Made by a program: the position numbers and the translations under genes. A stretch of 60,216 nt of DNA, the filler included. It is 8 parts of 8 records of this genome, joined end to end, with 100 filler letters (N's around TTAATTAATTAA, not from the genome) between each part and the next. Parts side by side here need not be neighbours in the genome. Positions count along the whole stretch, not along the records: positions 5,170 to 13,235 come from SRR31147125_17875; positions 13,336 to 21,245 come from SRR31147125_17876; positions 21,346 to 34,193 come from SRR31147125_17893; 5 more parts are not named here. The stretch is one strand, 5' to 3'. Positions 11,499 to 24,926 of the stretch are shown here, piece by piece (position 1 is the first letter of the stretch; every line of letters begins with the position of its first letter). The notes under the pieces were generated by a model. The model did not search any database. It was not told the DNA's origin and saw only the letters and a program-made list of their open reading frames with translations.

Positions 11499-13187
11499 AT
11501 GAAAAAACGTATTACTCAACTTAGAACAAAACTTTTAAGTCTGGCTTTTCTTTTTCTGGCAATTACGATTTTTAGCTGCCAAAATAAAGCAGCAAAAGAC
11601 GATAATCAGTACAAGGCCGACGTTGTAATTTATGGCGGCACATCGGCTGCGGTAACGGCTGCGGTTCAGACGGTCAAAATGGGGAAATCGGTAATTGTGG
11701 TTTCGCCCGATAATCATTTGGGCGGATTGACAGCTGGTGGTTTAGGCTATACCGATACCGGAAATAAATCGGTAATTGGTGGCTTGTCGCGTGAGTTTTA
11801 CCACCGCGTTTGGAAGCATTACAACACCGACCAAGCTCTGGAAGTGGCAAAAACACAGCGAGTACGGAAACCGTGGTCAGGGAACTGTTGCAATGGATGG
11901 AGAAAATCGCACCATGTGGATTTTTGAGCCGAGTGTGGCGGAACAGGTAATGGAAGATTTTATTGCTGAAAATAATATTACTGTTTACCGTGATGAATGG
12001 CTCGACCGTGAAAATGGAGTGACCTTAGACGAAGGTAAAATTATTTCATTCAAAACGCTTTCAGGAAAAACCTATTCAGGAAAAATATTTATTGATGCCA
12101 CCTACGAAGGCGATTTAATGGCCACAGCCGGAGTTTCGTACCATGTTGGTCGAGAGGGAAATGATGTGTATGGCGAAACCTGGAATGGAGTTCAAACAGG
12201 AACCTTACATCACCAGCACTGGTTTTGGGAAGATATATCACCATACAAAATTCCGGGAGATCCATCGAGTGGTGTTCTTTATGGAATTTCATCCGAAGAC
12301 CCGGGGAAATATGGCGAAGGCGATAACAAAATTCAGGCCTATTGTTTTAGGATGTGCATGACAAATCATGACGAGAATCGTGTGCCATTTCCAAAGTCTG
12401 CTAACTACGATGCATCTAAATACGAATTGTTGCTTCGGTCGCTTCAAACCGGACGAAAGGATTTTTTGAGAAGTTTGATGCTATTCCCAATAAAAAAACG
12501 GATACCAATAACCATGGTCCGTTTAGCAGCGATAACATTGGTATGAACTACGATTACCCCGATGCAAGTTACGAGCGTCGCCAGGAAATTATTCAGGAAC
12601 ACCGCGATTACCAGGCCGGTTTCCTTTGGTTTATGGCCAACGACCCGCGCGTACCTGAAGATATTCGCACAGAAATGGCTACCTGGGGATTGGCAAAAGA
12701 TGAATTTACAGATAACGAAAACTGGCCACACCAGATTTATGTGCGCGAAGCTCGCCGCATGATTGGAGAATATGTTACAACAGAAAACGATGTGTTGTTA
12801 AAAAGAGAAGTTCCCCAATCAGTGGGAATGGGCTCGTATGCCATGGATTCGCATAATGTGCAACGCTACATTAAACCCGATGGCTTTGTGCAAAACGAAG
12901 GCGATATTGGCGTAAAGCCACCGGCCCCGTATGCTATTTCTTATGGTTCGTTACTGCCTAAAAAAGAGGAATGTACCAACCTTCTTGTTCCGGTTTGTGT
13001 ATCGTCGAGCCACATTGCTTTCGGTTCAATTCGTATGGAGCCTGTTTTTATGATTTTAGGGCAAAGTGCTGCAACTGCTGCAGTTATGGCTTTGGATAAA
13101 AATATTGGTATTCACGATTTGGCTTACGACGATTTAAAAGCTAAGCTGCTGGAAGATGGACAAGTGTTGGCATATAAAAAGAAATAA
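11499..13187 (+). CDS. FAD-dependent oxidoreductase lipoprotein (FAD_oxidored family); indels at ~11836 and ~12465
   Basis: Lipobox FSC; DVVIYGGTSAAV, HLGGLTAGGLG, FIDATYEGDL, YVREARRM, GSIRMEPVFM spread across three track ORFs. Confidence 0.85.
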
Positions 13188-13205
13188 TTATGTAGATTAA
13201 TTTAG

Positions 13206-13234
13206 CTCTGACAGAGTTTCAAACTCTGTCAGAG
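13206..13234. repeat. Perfect palindrome (REP-like or terminator) at contig end
   Basis: CTCTGACAGAGTTT-C-AAACTCTGTCAGAG. Confidence 0.75.
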
Positions 13235-13235
13235 A

Positions 13236-13335
13236 NNNNNNNNNNNNNNNNNNNNNNNNNNNNNNNNNNNNNNNNNNNNTTAATTAATTAANNNNNNNNN
13301 NNNNNNNNNNNNNNNNNNNNNNNNNNNNNNNNNNN
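13236..13335. other. Artificial contig spacer
   Basis: N-run + TTAATTAATTAA + N-run. Confidence 0.99.
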
Positions 13336-13445
13336 TTGGGTTTCCCTTCGACTCCGCTCAGGGTGACGTTCTTATTCGGTTTTGTTTGACAGGAATTTAA
13401 TGTAAAAACTGCGAGGGCTAAAAAAAGTATTGAAATGCGTTTCAT
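13336..13445 (-). CDS. N-terminus of a lipoprotein (possibly a sulfatase), truncated by contig edge; not in ORF track
   Basis: ATG 13445: MKRISILFLALAVFTLNSC-QTKPNKNVTLSGVEGKP; signal peptide II; 18 nt downstream of repaired GH105 stop. Confidence 0.7.
13344..13367. repeat. CCCTTCGACTCCGCTCAGGGTGAC short palindromic repeat, inside the lipoprotein CDS
   Basis: Matches from memory a widespread dispersed bacterial repeat (GTCACCCTGAGCGGAGTCGAAGGG on minus strand). Confidence 0.65.
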
Positions 13446-13463
13446 TATAATATTTTTAATATT

Positions 13464-14577
13464 CTATTTTCCTCCAAATAGTTTATAGATTTCAGAACCG
13501 GCACTTAAAAATGCTCCTGTTCCGTACACTTCTGTTTTGTCGGCCCAGGCTTTTAGGAGCGGCTCCAATAGGTTGTACATACCCCAACATTCCATCGTCG
13601 GTTACGTGGCTAACCATTGCATTCCATCCTTTTTTAGTTGCCGGCAAATAAGTGTCCTTGTCTAAAACACCATTGTTTATTCCCCAGGCCAGGCCAAAAA
13701 CATAAAACGACGAACCACTGGTTTCAGGAGTTGGATAAAATTTTTGCCCCAACAAACTCATTGCCCAGTGCCCTTCAGGAGTTTGGATTTCCAAAAGCTT
13801 TTTGGCCATTTTCTTGTAAATTTTCAGGAAATATTTGTGTTCCTTACTTGCAGGATCCAATTCGGCAAGAATATTGGCGAGCCCGCCAAATACCCATCCG
13901 TTTCCACGCGACCAGAATATTTTTGTCCCGTTATCTAATTTTCCCATGTAGCTTTCGTCGCGGTAATACAAATTCTCTTTTTTATCGAAAAGAAAATCGG
14001 TAGTGGCTTTGTATTCGGCCATCATAAAATCGATGTATTTGCGCTCGCCTGTTAAATTGTACAATTTTGCCCAAACCGGTGGCGACATAAAAAGTGCATC
14101 GCACCAATTCCAACGGTCTTGATGAAATGTAGTTCTCCAATTCAATACCGACTGCGATGGATGATACATGATAAATTCGAATTGTTTTTTCGTGGGCTCA
14201 ATCATTTTTTCATCCTTGTATTTGCGATATAATTCAATGTACATTTGCCCAACAGTGTGGTCATCAGCATGATATTGACGTCGATACAGCTTCCATTCGT
14301 TGTCTTCTCCTATTTTTTTCATCCACTCGTAATAGGTATCGTCATCGGCCATGGCAGCCCATTTTACCATTCCAACATACAGTGCTCCGTTGGTCCAGTC
14401 AAGCGGATGATGCGGCTTTTTTCTGCTGCTGTAACACTCGTTATAATGTTCAATTTGCCAGTCGGCAACTTTCTTCATTACCTGTTTTACTTCGGTAGGT
14501 TTTACTTCTTGCCCTTTTGAAGGCACTGAAATTAAGCCAAAAACGAGAATGGCTAAAAGAATTGCTGTTTTTTGCAT
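13464..14577 (-). CDS. GH105 unsaturated rhamnogalacturonyl/glucuronyl hydrolase; indel near 13552
   Basis: [37 protein letters not shown]; repaired end [28 protein letters not shown]. Confidence 0.9.
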
Positions 14578-14600
14578 TTTATAAGTTTTTTAGATTGAAT

Positions 14601-17753
<3,153 letters not shown>

Positions 17754-17771
17754 TTATAAGAATTGATTATA

Positions 17772-17779
17772 CAAATATA
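17772..17779 (-). promoter_or_regulatory. Bacteroidota -7 promoter element for the GH2-GH105 operon
   Basis: TATATTTG on minus strand (TAnnTTTG consensus) 30 nt upstream of GH2 ATG. Confidence 0.5.
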
Positions 17780-17863
17780 CTCAGCTTTTACAGAGAATGA
17801 GGTAAGATATTATTCATATAAGAGGTAATTTTATACAAAATTGAGCACAAGCCATTCCATCAA

Positions 17864-17980
17864 CCTTGGATTTTAGCCAAAAATCAATCTTTTAACCCTT
17901 GGATTTTAGCCAAAAAACCACATTAATCACCTTGGATTTTAGCCAAAAAAGGATTAAATTTACTTTGGATTTTAGCCAAA
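17864..17980. repeat. Four direct repeats C(C/T)TTGGATTTTAGCCAAA with exact 33-bp period
   Basis: Copies start at 17864, 17897, 17930, 17963; 13-nt non-identical spacers. Confidence 0.95.
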
Positions 17981-17988
17981 TAGAAAAA

Positions 17989-19299
17989 ATGAGGCGTGAT
18001 TTTTACAATGATTTACTTGAATGGAAAGACTCTAATATTAGAAAACCATTATTGGTAAGAGGAGCAAGACAAACCGGGAAAACCTTTATTGTAAGGGAAT
18101 TCGGGAAAAATGATTTTAGCAATTATATTGAACTGAATTTCGAACGTAATCCTGAATTTTCTGATATTTTTAGCTCGCGAATTCCTTCAGAAATTGTTGA
18201 AAGGATTGCACTTTATACCGGGCAAAAAATTAATACCGGAAAAACACTGCTTTTTATTGATGAAATTCAGGATTGTCCCGAAGCCATAATTTCGTTGCGC
18301 TATTTTTATGAAGAGATGCCGGAACTTCACGTAATTGGTGCGGGGTCGTTACTGGAATTTGCATTGCGTTCCGAGAACTTCAGAATGCCGGTAGGCAGGG
18401 TGCAATATCTATATTTGTATCCGCTATCGTTTGGAGAATTTTTGGATGCATTGGACGAATCAGTACTACGCAAGTACCTTCAGGAATATTCAAATTTGAA
18501 AAAATTGCCTGGTCCTCTTCACGAAAAACTTACCGAACTGGTTCGTAAATATTTTATTATTGGAGGAATGCCGGCAGTTGTTAAAGAATACGTTGCCAGC
18601 CGCGACATAAAAAAATGCAAGCGACTTCAACGTTCGGTAATCGATACTTATATCGACGATTTTGCAAAATACTCGAAGGTTGCCAAACACAACACTTTGC
18701 GAAATGTATTTAACGCAGTTCCGGCTATGGTGGGACAAAAATTTGTTTACGCACAAATTGACCGCAATATGAAGTCGCGCGAATTAAAGGAAGCACTTGA
18801 ATTATTGGAAACTGCTGGAATTGTAACACGAGTGCGCCAAACCAGTGGTGCCGGAATTCCGCTTGCCGGAGGGGTACACGAATCGTTTTTTAAAGTAATT
18901 TTTCTGGATGTGGGGCTGTTCCAGGTAGTTAGTGGAATGTATACTGAAACGGCAAAAGAAAAAGATTTGACAGCCATTTACAAAGGTGCTGTGGCCGAAC
19001 AATTTGCCGGGCAAGAGTTAATCGCCTGTCATTCGCGGCACACCAAAGCCGAACTGTTTTACTGGGGCAGAAAAGCGAAAAACAGCACTGCCGAAGTTGA
19101 TTACCTGATTGAAAAGGAAGGTGAAATAATTCCGATCGAAATAAAATCGGGCTCAATCGGCCGGATGAAAAGCATGCACATGTTTGTGGAACAATTTAAT
19201 ACACAAAAGGCGCTCAAGATTTCTCAAGCGCCTTTTGCCGATGGGAAGCCGATTATATCACTTCCGTTTTATGGGATAGAAAGTTTTATGGCAAAATAA
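17989..19299 (+). CDS. AAA_14 ATPase with DUF4143 / C-terminal PD-(D/E)XK-like domain
   Basis: GARQTGKT Walker A, LFIDEIQ Walker B, IGGMPAVV, AEVDYLI...PIEIKSG; likely start MRRDFY at 17989. Confidence 0.9.
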   Translation: MRRDFYNDLLEWKDSNIRKPLLVRGARQTGKTFIVREFGKNDFSNYIELNFERNPEFSDIFSSRIPSEIVERIALYTGQKINTGKTLLFIDEIQDCPEAIISLRYFYEEMPELHVIGAGSLLEFALRSENFRMPVGRVQYLYLYPLSFGEFLDALDESVLRKYLQEYSNLKKLPGPLHEKLTELVRKYFIIGGMPAVVKEYVASRDIKKCKRLQRSVIDTYIDDFAKYSKVAKHNTLRNVFNAVPAMVGQKFVYAQIDRNMKSRELKEALELLETAGIVTRVRQTSGAGIPLAGGVHESFFKVIFLDVGLFQVVSGMYTETAKEKDLTAIYKGAVAEQFAGQELIACHSRHTKAELFYWGRKAKNSTAEVDYLIEKEGEIIPIEIKSGSIGRMKSMHMFVEQFNTQKALKISQAPFADGKPIISLPFYGIESFMAK

Positions 19300-19310
19300 A
19301 CCTTTTGTGA

Positions 19311-19365
19311 TTTGGAATTATTTTTAACAATAATTATTTTTGTAAACAATAATTATTGTTAAAAA
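19311..19365 (+). promoter_or_regulatory. Bacteroidota promoter overlapped by an 18-bp perfect inverted repeat
   Basis: TTTG (19311)-N20-TATTTTTG (19335); TTTTTAACAATAATTATT (19321-19338)/AATAATTATTGTTAAAAA (19348-19365). Confidence 0.65.
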
Positions 19366-19374
19366 TAATATTCG

Positions 19375-20747
19375 ATGGAGTTCTTTAACCGACAAAAGGA
19401 AATTAACAGGCTTGAAAGACTTTTACGAAGCAAAAAAGCTGGATTGGGAATTGTTTATGGAAGAAGAAGGTGTGGAAAGTCCACTTTAATAAAGCATGTA
19501 ATAAAAAATAGCGACATCTATTTCCTTGCCCATCTTGCAAATGCAACTATCCAGCGAGCAAAACTTGCAACCTTAATTGCTGAAAAAATTCCTGGTTTCG
19601 ACCGGATTATTTACCCGGATTGGGAAGCTTTATTTACAAACCTTGAAAACACTCTGCAAACTCCTCTTACATTATGCATCGACGAATTTCCATATTTGGC
19701 AAAACAGTCACCAGGTCTTCCTTCGCTTATACAAAATATTATTGACACCCAGCCCAACCGGAAATATCACATTTTACTTTGTGGCTCTTCACAGCAAATG
19801 ATGCACAATCTTGTAGTTGACAGCAGTTCGCCACTATATGGCAGGGCTGATGAAATACTAAAAATTCAACCACTACAGGCAGGCTGGCTACCCGAAGCAA
19901 TTAAATGCAATTATATCCAGGCTGTTGAGGAATACTCGGTATGGGGAGGCGTGCCACGCTACTGGGAATTGCGTGCAAATGAAAAAAATTTTGAAGATGC
20001 AATTAAAAATAACATTCTCGACCGTTTAGCAATACTACACGAAGAGCCGATGAGACTATTTCTGGACGATATGCGCGAATCTGTTCAATCTTTCTCTATC
20101 CTGTCGATTATTGGAAAAGGAGTTAACCGATTATCTGAAATTGCGGCCCGACTGAACAAACCGGCAACCCAACTATCTGGTCCCATTGACAAACTTATTC
20201 AATTAGGTTATTTAAAACGTGAAATTCCTTTTGGAGAATCATCAAAGTCAAGTAAAAAAAGCCTTTATCGAATTTCTGATCCTTTCATGGCTTTCTATTT
20301 TAAATTCCTTGAGCCTAATATCTCGCGTTTAGAAATGGGCATGACTGAACAGGTTTATCAAATGATTGAGAAAAGTTTTAACCATTTTTTTCTGCGGAAT
20401 GGGAAAACCTTTGTCGCTTTTGTATTCCTTATGCTCCCATTAACGATACTTATTTCGATATTTCGTCGAGATGGTGGGGGACAAATACCGAGAAAAAGAA
20501 AATAGAACTTGACGTAGTAGCCGAATCGATTGACAAAAAATATTTACTTGTTGGAGAGTGTAAATGGTCTATAATTTCCAATCCAAACCGACTTTTGGAA
20601 GAATTAGAAAGAAAGGCAAACACACTTCCCTTCGCCACTAATCATAAAATTATTCCAATTCTTTTTGTAAAAGAACTGGAACAATCTTTACATAAAACAT
20701 CAGCAATTTTTAATCCTGAAGATGTTCTAATTCGATTGAAACAATAA
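19375..20747 (+). CDS. Archaeal-type ATPase (ATPase_2 + wHTH + DUF234); indel in T-run ~20385-20391
   Basis: FFNRQKE, YGRRRCGKST, CIDEFPY, WGGVPRY, YRISDPF; second frame continues RWWG...ELDVVA...VGECKW to TAA 20747. Confidence 0.88.
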
Positions 20748-20751
20748 AATT

Positions 20752-21245
20752 CTACTTCTTAAACGATTCCCTCAAGATTAAAACACACAATAAAGCGATT
20801 GCAAAGCTAACCGGCATTAAATAAATGGCTTTGCTGTAGCTTTCGAAAGTTTCGCCGCCAAACATATTTACCAGCGAGCCAAACAGTGGCTGTGCAATGG
20901 CTGCCATTCCCATAATTAAAACAGCGCTAAAACCGTTTGCTGTTCCTATTACCTTCTCGTCGTTCGATTCGGCAATTACAGGATAACCAATGGTTTGTGC
21001 GGCAGTGGTAAAACCAAGTAGCAGGAATAGTACGTAAAGCATACCCGAACCGGGCTCAGAGCTCACCATTATTATAATCATAATTACCAGCGAAAGAATT
21101 GCACCTGCCAACATTGGTTTTTTACGATTTTTCATTTGGTCGGAAAGAGCTCCCCACAAAGGCGTTCCAATCATGGTGCCTATAAAAATCATTCCGATAA
21201 CTGATGTTATAATTTCAGAACTTAACTCCGGATTTTTAAATACCA
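20752..21245 (-). CDS. MFS transporter, C-terminal part (contig edge)
   Basis: GALSDQMKNRK loop motif, multiple TM helices, ends LRES. Confidence 0.85.
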
Positions 21246-21345
21246 NNNNNNNNNNNNNNNNNNNNNNNNNNNNNNNNNNNNNNNNNNNNTTAATTAATTA
21301 ANNNNNNNNNNNNNNNNNNNNNNNNNNNNNNNNNNNNNNNNNNNN
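21246..21345. other. Artificial contig spacer
   Basis: N-run + TTAATTAATTAA + N-run. Confidence 0.99.
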
Positions 21346-21430
21346 CAATATACATCCCTGGTCTTTTTCTAACAGGCTCTAAACCTTCCAAGACTTGGAT
21401 TTGCGACTCATCATAAGATTTATTACTCAT
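21346..21430 (-). CDS. gyrB: DNA gyrase subunit B, N-terminal fragment
   Basis: [28 protein letters not shown]; downstream of recF-remB as in Firmicutes. Confidence 0.9.
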
Positions 21431-21546
21431 AAAAAATTCACGTTCCTTTCGCTTATGTATCTTGTAATAAATATATATAAACTTTATATTTAACTGAATC
21501 AAAAATCTTCTTTCAGCCGCTATATTTGCAGGGCTAAAAAAAGCTA

Positions 21547-21819
21547 TTAATTGGTATAACTTTTAAAATCACTCATCTTTGAGCGAGCCATTAATGTATC
21601 TGGTCTGATTGGGGAATAATACACAACAAATTTATCGCGTTTTTTTGCGATAATTACTGATTTTATATGTTCACTATCGATTATAATAGTATCTGTTGCT
21701 TTTAAAATGCTCTTTAAAAAGGTGCTATTGATTGGATTTTCTATGATGTTTTTATAATCCAAAATCAATTCAATATCTTTTAATAAAGCAGTATAATTTT
21801 GTCCCAAATGTATTAACAT
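21547..21819 (-). CDS. remB: DUF370/RemB-family protein
   Basis: MLIHLG...DIELILD...KSVII...[14 protein letters not shown]; canonical position between recF and gyrB. Confidence 0.75.
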   Translation of the reverse strand: MLIHLGQNYTALLKDIELILDYKNIIENPINSTFLKSILKATDTIIIDSEHIKSVIIAKKRDKFVVYYSPIRPDTLMARSKMSDFKSYTN

Positions 21820-22000
21820 ACGATATACCTTTATAGGTTATATTATATACTATTTATTGGGATTTATAAAGGGATATGATAAATATTTTTTTAAATAAGA
21901 GTAAATTTTGATGATTTAAGCTTTTTATGCTAGAACTGCATGGTGTGTATTTCGAAATATGTTTTTTTCTTAAATCAATTAAATTTTTAATATTTGGAAA

Positions 22001-23082
22001 TTAAACATAATTCGATATTTTTCCACCATCTATTGTGAAAGAACTGAATTTTTTTTGATGTTTAGTGGAACGGCTGTTGTTATAAAAACTTGGGTATCCT
22101 TGATATAATTAAAAACAGAGCTTTGCCTTTTATAATCTAGCTCTGAAAATATATCGTCTAAAATCAAAACAGGGGTTTCGTTTGTTTTGCTTTTTATAAT
22201 ATTTAGTACAGCAAGCTTATAGGCAAGCATCAATGTTCTTTGCTGTCCTTGAGAGGCAAAGTTTTTAGCATCCTTACCATCCAAAATAAAAGCAAAATCT
22301 TCTTTATGAGGACCAAATAGAGATTGTCTATAATCTATTTCTTTTTGCATATTATTATTTAACTTTTCTAAAAAAGCACTGTATACATCGTTTTTTGTTA
22401 CGCAAGGTTTATATATTATTTCGGCTTCTCTTGGCTGGTTTGAAATATCTTTATAGATGCTATTAAAATCATCTTTTATCTGCCTTACAAAGGCATATCT
22501 ATAATCAACAATATTTTTAACGCTAACCGCTATTTGTTCATTATAAACTGATAAAAGCTTACTTTGTTGGTCGTTTATATTAGATTTTAAAAGCTTGTTT
22601 TTTTCGGATAGAATTTTATAATACTTTTTAAGCTCGAAAAAGTATGTTTTACGTATTTTAGAAACTTCCACATCAATAAGCTTTCTTCTAAGCGATGGAG
22701 ATTCTTTTATTGCTTTTATGTCTTCTGGTGTAAAAGCTATGCAAGAAAAATTCCCAAACAAGTCTCCTAGTTTTCTTACGGGCATATTATTTATGCTAAA
22801 GCTCTTTTTACCGTCGCTTTTAACAATAGCGTTTTCGGTACTTGTTCCCATGTTTGTAACAAATTCTAAATTGATATAACAAAAATCCTTATCAAACTGG
22901 ATAAGGTTTTGATCAAACTTGGTTCTAAATGATTTTCCTGTGCTTAAAAAATATAGTGCCTCTACAATATTGGTTTTACCTTGCGCGTTTTTTCCATAGA
23001 TAATGTTGATATCCTTTGATGGCAAAAACTTTTGATGGCTATAGTTTCTATAGTTTTTAAGCTCTAACGATTTAATATACAA
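22001..23082 (-). CDS. recF: DNA replication/repair protein RecF; probable indel in A-run near 22049-22056
   Basis: GKNAQGKTN, GPHKEDF, ASQGQQR, LILDDIFSELD; adding one A gives end FSSFTIDGGKISNYV* (track ORF ends 22030). Confidence 0.93.
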
Positions 23083-23191
23083 TTTATTTTACCTGTTTAT
23101 TTTATTTGGTTATAATTTTATCACATAAATAAAATAAAGAGCAAACTTTATAAAAAGCTTGCTCAAAAATTTTTAATATTTAACTTTCAGC

Positions 23192-24667
23192 TTAACCATC
23201 TTCGTTAGGGTTTAAATAATAAACGCCCGAAAAGGCATCGTAGATATCAGTATATAAAAGTTCTGATTTTACTACGGTTCCTTCGCTATCCTTATATTGA
23301 CGATAAACATTTACTCTTTGTCCGTATGTATGCTCAATATACTCGTAAATCTGACCAGGTTTAATTTCGGTTCCTCCAGGAGTCACTTCTGCATAGTCAT
23401 AAGTTGGAGGAGATGGCATAGTTGTTTTGTATATCTTATTTGCAATTTCAACTTCATATCCATGTCCTGCTGGCTTTCCGTAGAAAGTGCAAGTACAGGT
23501 TCTCGCTTCAAGGTCTACAACAATACTCATGTATATTGGGTATGTTTTGTTATTGGTTATTTTCAAATCTGGGGTTTCACTGATTGTAGCATCCATACCA
23601 ATAGGTATATATGTTGATGGCAACGAGTGGTGGTGTCTTTCGTCTATTTGGAGCTCAGCAGCTAAGGCTGCTATATATACGGTAGATGAAACCTGACAAA
23701 CTCCACCGCCATATTGCAAATCATGCACACCACTTGTAAGACCAGGAGCTTCAAAAAATCCGTTTTCAGCTGTTCTCATACCGGCAACATCGTTTAGCGA
23801 AAGTTGCTCACCAGGGTAAATTACAGGCATGTTTTCACAGAGAAGCTGTGCCATTCGAGCAACGTTTTTATCTCTGTTTTCGCCTTTTATCTTAATCTGA
23901 GACGTATAAGTACCTATAGGCTGAGTGTTTTGCTGCATATCTTCAATGCTTGTAAAGGCTTGAACTTCTTTTGTTGGTGCAACAATAACAGAAGAATAAT
24001 CATCAGATTCAATTGTGCTTAATATCTCATTAGCAAAAGCTTCGGTGTCAATCTTAATACCAGGAGTTGGTTCTTGGTAGTAAAAGCGATCTTCTTCCTC
24101 TATAGCCCTTGGTTTAAATGTAATGCCATCACTGCTAGGAGGAATATTGATTTTCTCCGTAATTTCGTCAGACTGTAAAAATGTCATAACATCTGAAAGT
24201 GTTATTGCAGATTTGATTTCAAAGTTAATGCTGCCATCAGCATTAACGGTAACGCCGTCTGGTATTGTGCCGTTTGCAGAATAATCAAAAGCCTGTTTAA
24301 TAGTTGTATCCAAATCAGGTTCAGCGCCAATTTCTTGTATGTTAAATTGATGACCATCCTCATCCACAACAAAAGAAATATTTTTTCCAAAATACCAAGT
24401 TTCAAGAGTAGATTTTAAAGCCGCCCTCACTGATGGTTCGTCCATAGAAGAGACATCTACACCTTGAATATATATATTTTCGTTTAATATATTTGATTCA
24501 ACGATTGCCTCTATTGGTTGAGTGTCTATAACTTTTCTATTTTTAATAGCAAAAACACCAAGTGTAATAAAAGATATTATCAATACACCCAAGATGATAA
24601 AAAGTAAAGATAATAGCTTTTTGCTCTTTTGTATATTAATCATATTTATGAGTTTTCCTTTCATCAT
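23192..24667 (-). CDS. VanW-family membrane-anchored protein
   Basis: N-terminal TM, IYIQGVDVS, GGGVCQVSSTVY, ERHHHS, GMDAT, DLKITN. Confidence 0.88.
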   Translation of the reverse strand: MMKGKLINMINIQKSKKLLSLLFIILGVLIISFITLGVFAIKNRKVIDTQPIEAIVESNILNENIYIQGVDVSSMDEPSVRAALKSTLETWYFGKNISFVVDEDGHQFNIQEIGAEPDLDTTIKQAFDYSANGTIPDGVTVNADGSINFEIKSAITLSDVMTFLQSDEITEKINIPPSSDGITFKPRAIEEEDRFYYQEPTPGIKIDTEAFANEILSTIESDDYSSVIVAPTKEVQAFTSIEDMQQNTQPIGTYTSQIKIKGENRDKNVARMAQLLCENMPVIYPGEQLSLNDVAGMRTAENGFFEAPGLTSGVHDLQYGGGVCQVSSTVYIAALAAELQIDERHHHSLPSTYIPIGMDATISETPDLKITNNKTYPIYMSIVVDLEARTCTCTFYGKPAGHGYEVEIANKIYKTTMPSPPTYDYAEVTPGGTEIKPGQIYEYIEHTYGQRVNVYRQYKDSEGTVVKSELLYTDIYDAFSGVYYLNPNEDG

Positions 24668-24926
24668 TATACAAGGATTAGTATTGCTAAGTTTAAAAAG
24701 AATACAAAATCTTTGTAGATTTATGATATATCTATGTTGATATAGCTTTTATTATTTTATCTAAAAAGATATACAATGTAAACCTTTTATACGAATATTA
24801 ACAAAATAGACTAAAATGTATTTGATAGAAAGGATATATGTACTATAATATATATTAATAAAACAAGAGAGTATTGGCAGAAATAAAACTAACTTAGATA
24901 ACGAGAATAAACAGGCGGTTATAATA

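Noticed and set aside
17864-17980. CRISPR array
   Set aside because: Spacers of 13 nt and repeats of ~18-20 nt are too short, and no cas genes are on the contig
17899-17988. N-terminal 11-aa LDFSQK protein repeats in the track ORF
   Set aside because: The repeat is conserved at nucleotide level, the first copy lies before the called TTG start, and this family normally begins at M-x-R; more likely non-coding
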